Shown here in pieces: positions 36,001 through 48,000 of a stretch of 64,000 nt of DNA. This DNA comes from Malacoraja senta (taxonomy: Eukaryota). Both the position numbers and the translations under genes were made by a program. The notes under the pieces were generated by a model. The model saw only the letters and a program-made list of their open reading frames with translations. It was not told the DNA's origin and did not search any database. Positions within the stretch are counted from its first letter, which is position 1; each line of letters opens with the position of its first letter. Where the stretch lies: NCBI GenBank assembly GCA_038087875.1, contig JAXLNO010002508.1:62001-126000 (forward strand). The letters run 5' to 3'.

Positions 36001-39000
36001 TGCTTTAAACTTCTCCACAACTTTATCCCTGACCTGTCTGGTGTGTTCCTTGGGCTTCATGATGCCGTTTGTTCACTAATGTTCTCTAACAAACCTCTGA
36101 GGCCTTCACAGAACAGCTGTATTTATACTGAGATTAGATTACACACAAGTGGACTCTATTTACTAATTAGGTGACTTCTGAAGGCAATTGGTTGCACTGG
36201 ATTTTATTTAGGGGTATCAGAGTAAAGGGGGCTGAATACTTTTGCATGCCACACTTTTCAGTTTTTTATTTGTAAAAAAATTTGAAAACCATGTATCATT
36301 TTCCTTCCACTTCACAATTATGCGCCACTTTGTGTTGGACTATCACATAAAATTCCAATAAAATACATTTACGTTTGTGGTTGTAACGTGACAAAATGTG
36401 GAAAAGTTCAAGGGGTATGAATACTTTTGCAAGCCACTGTAGGTCTAGAAGGGGTTATTTTAGCGATTTCATTGTTACACATCCAAATATTGAGAACCTA
36501 TGCTCTGAAGCATGTCTTTATATATATAAAGTTGTGATTAAACTCCAACTCTTCATTAACAGTGAATCATTTTGATACATCCTGAGATTGTAGTAGACTT
36601 CTTCATAAAATGAAGTTTTATCTCTTCTTAGATTCATCCAGTTCTTTGTTAATCAGCAGCATTAGTATAATTTCCGAGTTTGTCATTTAATTTTCGATTG
36701 AGAATATATTAGCTTGGGATATTAGTCTTTGACAGGCATCTTCATTATTCATCAATTCCGTTTATAAATTGAGGCACCGAGTGCCCAAGGTCATAAAGAC
36801 AGTATGGATGAAAAGCGTTAAAAAAAAATTAAGAATCTGGCTGCAAATGGAAAATTTGTACAGTTCAGGTTAGGCCAGCGGGGTGAATGGTGCATGTAAG
36901 AGGAAGATAGGCAAGAAATTATGAAAGAGCAGTGAGGCAGAACAGGGATAAGCAAAGGAAGTAGCAGCAGGGAAGGGAAGTGGAAAAGTTAAAAGAAGAG
37001 AATAAAGAGGAAAACAAGAATTAATTTAGAAATCAAAGTTAACTGACAGATGTTGGGAACAATAAACTGTAAAATGTTTTTAAAATGCAATGAATTAGCA
37101 AAAAGGTGCTGAATGAGAGAAACATGCTGGCTGTAGATCAGTATTGATAGATATTCCCTCTTTTCTGTGTGTGTGTGTGATACTTCAGTACTGAAATCAC
37201 TGTAAATTAACGTTATTTGTTTTACTTGCGATTCAAGATGATGTCGGGACAGAGGAGCTCCTTGTGAACTTCCCACATCAGCAACTTCCGTTTGCCCCCT
37301 TTCTTCCACAGTTGAACACCACTGGCTGACGCTGGCTGTATTTCAGCCTTGCCTATGTGCCGGTTACCAGATTAAAGCCATCTGCGCAGAGCCCACTGCC
37401 CACACCCTGGCCAAGCTTGCTTTTCCATTGCGTTCTTTTGAAAAGTATTACCTCTGCTTAAATTGACACCGCAAATCCTGGATTTCTCCAAATTAGACAA
37501 AATTATGTCAGATGTGGATGGATTACTTTGTAACACAAGACTTGCGTGTTGTGCCTTAGTTCTACTTCTTGCTGCAATTAAGCAGTTCTCAGTTTTGAAC
37601 CCCAAATTCATCTACTTCTCTGGGCATCAAACACATTGATGTATTAAACTGTAGAGATACACTCATTTACTATGCTTCTGGTTCTCTTGCTCAACAGCTT
37701 AAATCTTTAAGTAACTTTGATCAGTTATATCGGACCACTTGAACAATAAAAACACATATGACAGGCTGTTGTTCATTGACTACAGCTCGACATTCAACAC
37801 AATTACCCTCTCCAAACTGGTTACCAAGCTCACGGAACTGGGTCTACAACCTCGACTTCCTCAGCAACAGACCACAATCTAAATCAATTGGCAGCAACAC
37901 TTCCTCCTCGATAACCATCAGCCAGGAACAGGTCAAGGTTGCATGCTCAGCCCCCTCATCTATACCCATGACTGTGTCGTCGGACACAGTACTTCCTCTT
38001 TAAGTTCGCCGACGACACCACCTTTGATGGATGAATCAGAGATGACGATGAGCCAGAGTATAGGAGGGAGATCAATCAACTGGCAGAATAACAACCTTGC
38101 TCTCAACGTCAGTAAAACTAAGGAACTGAATGTTGACTTTGGAAGAGGAAGGTTGAGGATCCATAAACCTGTCTTCATCGAAGGAACAGTGGTGGAGTCA
38201 AAAACCTCAAATTTCTGGGCATGCATATCTCTGAAGATCTGTTTAATCAGCACATTCATGCAATCATAAAGAACGCCCATCAATGTCTCTACTTTGTTAG
38301 AAATTTGGGGAGATTCGGTACATCAATGGATACTCTCTTGAACTTCTACAGGTGTACAGTCGAAAGCATATGGCCTGGTTGCTGGTCAATGTTATTTAAG
38401 TGTTACGGCCTGGTTTGGCAGCTTGAACGTCCAGGAACGAAGAGGATTGCAAAAGTGATGAACACTACCCAGTCCATCACGGGTACTGACCTATCACTGG
38501 CCAGGAGAGGCCAATCCTCAGCATCGCTGGTCACAGCTGGATCCACTTAGCTGACATCAGATTGGCCCTCCTGAACCTACTCCTTATAAAAGCCAGGTAT
38601 TCCAGCCAGAGTGGAGAAGGTAAGCGAGGATGCATGATAAAAAGAGAGGACACAGGAGTGAAAGTGGGGTGCCTTCCTGCTAGTTCTGTTGCTCTGTTGG
38701 AGGTTCGAGGAAGACTGAGCCACTGGGACAAACCTGAGACCACCACTGCCATCATGTGGTTAAGTCTGGGCTACCAGGAAGTGGCCCGAGACAGCCAGCG
38801 CCTCTACTGAGGCTCACACTGTGTTGCCAGGGCAAGCCTAAGACACCAGTGTTTCTTCCTGCCCAGGGACAACACGGACTGCGCCCACACACAGACGCAA
38901 AGACTGAGCCACCAGGATAAGCCTGAGATCGCCAGCGTCACCTCACATGGGCCCTGACAATAAGTAACATCTCCCTCATGTGGACCTGGACTTATCACTA

Positions 39001-42000
39001 TAAATAAAACATATCACATGTGTTCATCCTACTGCGAGAGTCGGTGTGGTCATTGCTGAACCCAGGGTCATCTCTGACACAACACATCAGAGACCCACAC
39101 CACCCAGTCCATTACGTAAACCAGCTTTTCCTCCATCTACACTTCACGCTGCCTTGGGAAAGCAGCCAACATAATCAGGTACCACTCATACCCCAGTCAT
39201 TCTCTGTCAGGTAGTTGACATAAAAGCTTTAAAGCATGTATCACCAGTTTCAAGTATAGCTTTTCCCCTTGTTATCAGACACTTGAACGGACCGCACTGA
39301 TGCTAAGGATGTTTTCACGATCTTTCAATCTACCCCATTGTGGATCTGGTGCTCTTTTTAAATGTATATCTGTTAAATTCTGCACTTCTTTTCTCTTTTG
39401 CACTGTTACCTGTTGTAATTTGACCTGCCTGGAGAGCACACAAAGTTTTGTCCACTGTATCCTGGTACACATAACAATAATAAAAACAATACCTTTGCCA
39501 GTCTAACCCCATACATCAGAACAGTTTATGACTGGTCTCTTTATCAATTTTCATCATCTGCAATCCTTCCAATAGTGGCTAAATGTAATAGAATTCCATC
39601 CCAACGATCAATATCGATCTCTTTTTTAAAAATAAATTATTTGACAAACCATTTGGTTACCTCTCTCAAAATCTCTTCCTAGGCTGGTTTCCATTTTCCT
39701 TTAGACGTTGTGGTTAACATTGCTCAGATTCTCTTCCTTGGTTGAAATGCAATTCTCACATATTTCTTCATGACCTTGGATCTTTTACACGAGGAATCAA
39801 TTTTGTGTCTCATTTCTACAATGGCTCCATTACTTGAATATCTTCCAGCCAGGAACTGGAGATTATTTCAGCACAGTCCATCCAGAGCAATGTATAATTT
39901 AGTACAACCTTACTAGATTTGGATTCACACAAAGCAAGTTTTATTTGGCATTAAAAAAAAAAGATGCTCGGCAAAGCCAGCAGCATAATCAAGGATGTTG
40001 CACCCTGGCCACTCCCTCTTCTCCCCGCTCCCATCAAGCAAAATGTGTGAAAACGCACACCTCCAGATTCAAGGGCAGTTTCTTCTCAGTTGATATCAGG
40101 CAACTGAATCTACCACAACCAGAGAGCAGTGCTGAACTATTATCTACCTCTTTGGTGACCCTTGGACTATCCTTGATCGGCTGGCTTTGCCTTGCACTAA
40201 ACGTTATTCCCTTATCATGTATCGAAACACTGCAAATGGCTCGATTGTAATCATGTATAGTCTTTCCAGTGACCAGATAGCATTGTAATGGCAACTTTCC
40301 GACTCTTCCAGTGTCCAACATTCCGTTGCCATTACTACACAGGTAAGTAGGAGAGATCTTATGCAGACCAACTAGAACAGATTTTCCAGTTGTTATTGGT
40401 TCTTTATTGAAGTAGTTGTACAAACAAAGAGATGAACGTATCAGGCTTTCCTTATTCTGCATACAAGTTGTAGCTTGCTGTTCTCCCCAGTCTGGTGAAA
40501 ACTGTATGCTCTCCACCCCTGTGCCTGGTCTGCNNNNNNNNNNNNNNNNNNNNNNNNNNNNNNNNNNNNNNNNNNNNNNNNNNNNNNNNNNNNNNNNNNN
40601 NNNNNNNNNNNNNNNNNNNNNNNNNNNNNNNNNNNNNNNNNNNNNNNNNNNNNNNNNNNNNNNNNNNNNNNNNNNNNNNNNNNNNNNNCTAATGACTGCC
40701 CCCAAGCGTCCAAAATAATATTGCAAGATATATCCAGACAAAAGAATATAATATGCCAACTGTAGTTAGCCGAAACATAAATGGCTCAGACAAGCATGCA
40801 ACAAAAGCTTTTCACTGCACCTCAGTACACATGACCATAAACTAAACTGAAACGGAAGAGAAACAGAAATACACACTACATATTGCCTAAAATCACACTT
40901 CAGTTTACAGATCAAGGAATCAATGCATTAAGCCAATCATGAGATTTCCCAGTGCTGAGAACTAATTTTTGTCAAACATCCAGGGATCTGATTCCATCTT
41001 AGTTTTCATGTTAATTCACCGAGATTGCGTAATTAGAGTTCAGCATTGTAAAACTACAAGATTACCTTCTCAAAGCAAGCACTAATTAATAACTCAAATT
41101 ACAATTTTGCAGATGTAACCTGTCTCTACGCCTCCTCCCTCCCATCCATTCAGTAACCCCAGCAGTCCTTCCAGGTAAGGCAGGGGTTCACATGCACCTC
41201 CTCCAACCTCACCTACTGCATTCGGCGATCGTTGTGTGACCTCCTTTACATCAGCGAAACCAAGTGTAGACTCACCGACCGTTTCGCTGAATACTTGTGT
41301 TCGGTCTGCCAAGGCCACACACAAACTGGAGGAACAGCACCTCATATTCCGCTTGGGTAGTTTACAACTTAATGGTATGAACAATGAATTCTCCACTTTT
41401 AGGTGACTAACCTACAAATAACCACCCCCTTTCTCACTCTCTTCCCTATGGCCCACCTGAATTTGCTCCCATTTCTCCAATTCCACCCATATTTCTTCCT
41501 CTGGCTTCACAATTCACATCTCTTTTATTCTAATCACACTTGTGGTCTTTTCATCTCTGGCCTTTGTCCAACTATCTACCTATCAAAAAAAAAAACTCAC
41601 CTCGATCCACCAGTCACTTGCCAGACTTTGTCATGCCCCCACCTCTCTTCCAGCTTTCTCCCGCCCACTACAATCGGTCCGGACAATGCTCTCAACCCAA
41701 AATCGCACCTCTCTATGTTCTCCAGACATGATGCTTAACTCATTGAGTTATTACAGCAATTAGTGTGTCTTACAATGTTATTACTTCACAATGGTGTTAT
41801 TCTGCTGCACTGATCCCCTGTGGTTTGTTTCAAATTGAGGAATTACTGAAAATTGTTGAAGGCTTCTAAATGCTTTAGGTGATAGCAATCTTGGATTTTA
41901 TAAACATAATTTTTAGTGGTAAAAAAAAGCGTAATATGTCACAAATTCCAGGTCTTGAAGGAATAATAAATTATATAAGAGTTTGCAGCATAAGACAATC

Positions 42001-45000
42001 TCTGTAGTTCAGAAGGAACAAACAGGTTAGAGGAAATTAGTAATTTTACACACAGTTTAAGGAGTGATCAGATACTAAAATTGAATGAATTATTTTTTTG
42101 ATTATTAACTTTGACGTGCGCTGAAACAAGAGTTCTCAAGAGAACATCCTTGGGCATGGGATGTAAAGGTCAGTCTTCAAGAAACTTTTCTAGAGTTGCC
42201 CAAACAACCACAACCAATGCGCAAGATGATTCACTACCTCTGCTTAAAATGTGAGATCACAATAAAACATGAAATATACATAATTCCAGTGATAAGACTT
42301 GAAAATATTTCCCATTGGATCATACCCACAAAATTATTTATATTACAGTGCAAACTTACCTATTAAAAAAAACTTAAAAGATTAAGCATTCAATGCTTTA
42401 CGTTGGATTACATAAATTTGCATATCCACTTTTCCTGATTTTTTTTTAAATAACCTCTTGATTAATTTTTAACTTAATTTATCAACATGCTTGATTTGCT
42501 ATATACATCAATCATATTCAACATTTCAATGGGACTTACTTTAGCTGTAAAAATGGCCTGTCTTGCCTCCGGTATCATATAGAGCTGTTGAATGGTAGAA
42601 GCCAAGTAACAGGTTGCTCCAAGATTCGTCAAACCCACAAATCTGCACTCAGCTCGCACGTCATCATGAGGCCAGTAATCCCATTTGTATGGTGCATGAG
42701 ATGCTATTTAGAAAAAAGTAAATTTAAATCAAAGTACTTGACCTACTGTACAAAAGATCATTACTTCAACTTGTGCAAGCTTGCGAAAAATGCATCATAA
42801 AAATAATAACCTAATTTCTTGCATATTTCTTTAATTCTGAAACGTTTTTTTCAGGTAATGTTTGGTTTTTGAAGCTGTTACTTTCATTTTACATATGTAA
42901 CTCTAAGAGCAATGTTTCGAAAATGAAGAGCTGGGTGGGACATGACAAGGACCAAATATTTTCAAAGAAAGATTTCCCCAACAGAGAAAACATTCATCTC
43001 ACCAGAATTGAACACATGCTCTAGAACTGAGATGTACCAAAAGGCTCATCAGACTTATGCCTGAAGAGGGACACAGATATAAACCACCACAAACAAGAAC
43101 ATTTGGTGTAGAATGCACTGCACATCATGCTGTGAACCCCAGATGACCAGTGAACGTTCCACCTCTTTACAATAGGGTTTACGTTTGTGCCACAATTAGA
43201 CAACAGTTCATAAGTTCTAGGAGCAGAATTAGGTCATTCGGCACATCACGTTTACTCTGCTATTCAATCATGGTTGATCTATCTTTCCCTCGCAACCCCA
43301 TAACCCCTTAATATGTCTGTGAAGCTACAGGAAGTAAGAATTTCATTGTTCTGTTGCCACATACATGAAATAATGAAACACACTTGATTCTGGAGTTTAT
43401 AGCGAGGTAGAGTAATTACAAAAAAAAAATCATTTTACAAGTGCATGGATACAGGTTTGATGGCAAAAGAGCTGAGGCAAATAGAAATATTCAATCAGTC
43501 TCGGTAATGCATCAGACATGGCATTTAAAACTCAACTCTGGAATGATGAGCAGGATGTCATGGTTTTATGCTATGTAGTTCAGTGTGTGGCTGCAATGGA
43601 TTGAGTTTGCAACTGGTGGCACGTGTTGTGAAGCACCCACAACTTAATGTCCCAATACTTAATGTCTGAAGAAGGGTCTCGACCCGAAACATCACCTATT
43701 CCTTCGTTCCATAGATGCAGTATTTTTGTCTACCTTCGATTTTTCCAGCATCTGCAGTTCATTCTTAAACGTCCCAATACAACTGATGAGTGCTTGTGTC
43801 AGAAGTGTTGCAGGGCCAGTCAGCATTTATGTAGAAACTAACTCTAACCCATATAATCAAAAGGACAATTATGTAACAAAGAGAGCGTTCAGCAGTCATA
43901 CTCAGGCTCTCTAAAAGCAATAAGAGAGGTGGGAAGTGACGTACTGCCAGAAATGATTGTTATATTAGAAATGGTGTAACTGTAGCCACACAAGGACAGT
44001 ACTAATTATCTAAGAAAAGGATGTTGAAGATACTCCAGAACAACTAACAATGAGGACGGCACAGTGATGCAGCTGGTAGAGCTGCTGCCTCAGCACCAGA
44101 GATCAGGGTTCAATCCTGGCCTTAGGTACATCTGTGTGCAGTTTGCATGTTCTCCCTGTTGCCGCGCGGGTTTCCTCCCCACATCACATGCTGGTTTGTA
44201 CGTTAATTGTTCCCTGTACAATTGACCCAAAATGTAGGGAGTGGGTACAAAAATGGTATACCATAGTATTACTGTGAGTGAGTGAGTGATTGATGGTCGG
44301 TAACCTGTAACTCTAAACTAAAACAACATTTATATAGCACTTCTAACATAGCACAATATTCCTGACAGAAGTGCTATAAAACACATTTTGACAGATGACT
44401 TGAACCTTGTTCAGGGATAGGGCTTTAAATAGGAAGGAGAAGCAGAGATACTAATTAGAGGTGCCATGGTAGAGATGAAGGCACATCTAAACACAGAATT
44501 GCCAATAGTGATGTCATTAAAATTAGTGATAATGTGAAGTGTAGAAGACAAAGCACACAAAGGCCATTCAATATTCCCTTTCTGCCTCTGTACCTCCCAA
44601 AACAGCAGATTAGTAGATATATCAAGAAGGCTGCTAGCCAGCAACACAGGGATGCAGGCACTCTCCGGCTTACATAACAGGCGACTTATGCAAACTCGCA
44701 ATTACGTAAAAAATTCACAATAGATGGTCCCGTTTCCTGAATGACCTGTGTTATTGCAACGGGAGGATGGTGAGGGCTTTACGTTTGCTTCAAATATATA
44801 AAAGCGTCGCTCGGGCTCGGTGAGACAGCGAGCGCGAATGAGGGAGGTGGTGGAGAGCAACTACCAGCTGAATCGCCAATATCTTCAACACGATACACTA
44901 CCGAGCCCTTCTTCACCAGCTGTCAATGTCTATTTGATGCAGCTCACATTGTAGCTCCTGGCCGACAGTGTCTTCTTCAGGCCGCTGCCACCTTCAGGAT

Positions 45001-48000
45001 GTGCTCAGTCACCAGCGGCCGCTTCTTCTCGTCGGCTGTCGATTTGTCCATTCTGCCGCTCCCCCCTCCACCGTGGCCTCTGGAGTCGGTGACATGTTCC
45101 AAGGTGGAAGATGTTGGCACCTCTGGGGAAGGAGGAGGAGGCGACAGTGCTGGAGGGAGGAGCAGCAGAGTGATAGCCAACAGGAAGAAGCGGCAGCTGA
45201 TCAAGGAGCCCCACGGTAACCTTGTGTGTTTTTGCAGCCTGGAGAAATCGCTGTCGGCCAGGAACTACAACATGAGCCGCAACAAAAGCCATGTCAACCA
45301 GATCATGCGGCAGCTGTTGAAGAAGGGCTCACTAGTGCATTAGCACCTCGTTTTAAGGTGTGACGACACAGTAATGGCGAAGTGCTGGAGTAGCTCAGTG
45401 AGTCAGGCATGGAGAACATGGATAGGTGACATTTCAGGTCAGCACCCTTTCTTCGGATTGATTCATTTGTTTTGTATATTTACCAGCATCTGCAGTTCTT
45501 TCTTTCTACAAAGGTGTAAGGCAATTCCGGCTTGCGATAAATCTGACTTACATAATTCAGGGAGTGTCTTCAATATATGTCAGAGCGACATGAATTACAC
45601 TGCTGCATCCCTTTATTCGATACATAGGATTTCTATGTCCACTATTATATCTGAAATTTAATTTCTTCTGTTCATCACTGCCAAAATAAACTTCTCATAT
45701 CAGCCCTATAATGATCTTTAACAGGTTCTATCCAACTCTTATGATCTAAATTTCGGTAGGATTCCAGGTTTGAGTTTAAATGATGTTAATTTGTATAACT
45801 CAAAAACAAATAGTTCATGGAGGCTTCCTTTCCAACCTGAAATGTCTGAAGTTTCACCAGCCTTTCCTTATGCTTCAGACATATGATAGAGAGGACCATC
45901 CTCATGGCTCCTCCATGCAATGGGTCTAGTAATTGATTATCTCTTGTTTTCTGGTGACCACAGATGGATGAAATGATGAAGCTCTGATCAGAGCACCATA
46001 CAACTTAATCACCATGCAGTAGTTGTTTTCCACAGTTTCAGTTTTTTCAATACCCAGTTGACTTGGCTGATTTGACCAAATTTTAGACCTCTTCCCGCTT
46101 TATTAAAGCTATTTCTATAACATATGGTGAATGTATATTTTCCATTTTATGTCATTTGTGAAGTACTTCAAGCAGCAAGGTCAAAATCAATTGCTTGTGC
46201 TGATTTTGTTCAACTGTCCTTTCTGGTCTGGTATCACATGGAAATCTGATACATTTTCTTGAGTTTCTGAATCCAATTTGACAAGTTAGAAATGGAAGTT
46301 GGCCCAACAAAAAAATGAATGGGGAAATATAATTCAGTACATCCCTCCACATCAATGCAGCTCACTACAAAAAACGGTTGTTGTCTAGTCTACTATCAAT
46401 TGCAAACACCTTTATTATTTCTTATAGTTTGGATCTTAACCTCTGACCGTTTATGGAGAATTTTAGTAAATACATTTTGGAAATTCACATTTAACTGCAT
46501 TTGCATCAAGCGTGAGCTTTCCTTTAATTCAAGATTTTCCCTGGTGCTGTGCCTTTGTTTCAACTTGCTGTTTTTATTTACAGATGTGTCCTACAAACTC
46601 AGTACCTATGTTGTCTTTATTGAAGCAGTTGCCAAATGTCATTATCTGGCTCATTTACTTTAATAGGTTCCTCATTTCTTTGTTGATCTAATGTTTCATG
46701 TAGTATTATATTTTTTTCTTACATTGCATGTGCTGTGCCATAACCCAATTGTGGAGCAATCTGTAGTTTTCTGCTGAGCCCTTCACCATTTCCACAAGCA
46801 AATCGTAGGCTGCTGCTCGGGAAGAATGGGACTTGCATTTTGGTTGCTGCCTGTCCTTCAAGCTTGGCAGTAAAAACAAGAGATTGAACACATCTCTTAA
46901 GAATTCCTGTAATAAAAGAACATGATGTATTGCTTTGCATACTCTACTTAAAGTGCACTAATATCTGAAATTACTAAATACCCTTAATAAATGCATGTTG
47001 CATATTATTAAAATTAAATTAGCAAGATCAGTTAACTAATAGCATAACACTAGAAGATAAACAATTTCTCTGCCATGATTTCTGCTTTGTATTTGATCCA
47101 CTTTCAAGCAAGAATTTTGGATACAACATCAAATTATACATTTGTATGGACTTGAATACATAGAAAGGGTATTCAAATTTTACATTTTACCACAGATGTT
47201 GTTATTTACCTATTAAATTAGTAGATTAACAGCAATACCATGGTCACATTTAAATACAGTAATACCAAGATAATCGGATATTATTCCTACTAATACAAAT
47301 AGTGAATTAACTTTTTTTTTAAGGAAGTTACATAGTAGTATAACATTTTAAAGTTCCGAATTTATACGGTGCAGAGATGAGGCCATGGTAAATTTATAAA
47401 GAGAGCATATACATGGAGTCATTGTAAGTTTAAAAGGAGCGTGGAAAGTTAAAAGCAACAAACACTTCAAATGAATCCCATTTGTTTAAACCCTTTTGAA
47501 TTTCTAATTTTTACACTTGCGTTGCGTAACTGTAGTTTAATTACATTTTTCATTTTATAAAAGCAGTGCAGATATTAGAATATGAAAATAGACAGCAACA
47601 TGAAGTGTTAACTCTGTTTCTCACTTCAAACATGTTGCCTGACCAGCTAGACATTTCCAACATTTTCTGTCTGTATTTCAGATGCACAATGCATTTATTC
47701 TCCCCCAATGCCTAAACATTCTTAAATACAAGTTGACTACCTGTCCTTCCCGAGAGAATTTAAATGGAGACTTGTGCTTTATGACTACGGTGCAAAGACG
47801 CAGTAATCCTGTAAGCCCATCATCTTCAGTGTTACTGTCCTGCTGATCCAGAATTTCCCTGCTACAGATGAAAGCGAAAATAAATTAATACATAACACAC
47901 TGACATAACAATACAAGAAAAACTTCAAAAATTAAAACAACATACCTACGAATGCAATCGGCGAGATGTCTTGCTAAGGCATCCAAATCCAGCAGTGTAG

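Larger units (their letters stand above)
39965..40850 (+). mobile_element. Rex1/Babar-type 3' fragment hosting an LTR insert
   Basis: Same 3' UTR as 4057-4250, split at agcat. Confidence 0.72.

Noticed and set aside
40034-40759. 241-aa ORF (and similar ORFs at 25228-25771)
   Set aside because: Artefacts of reading through N gaps.
44054-44125. tRNA-like A and B boxes
   Set aside because: SINE head continuing into the V-domain; no cloverleaf, so not a tRNA gene.
44968-45343. Overlapping ORFs on both strands with Pro/Gly-rich content
   Set aside because: GC-rich interior of a probable Tigger-like element; no recognisable host gene.
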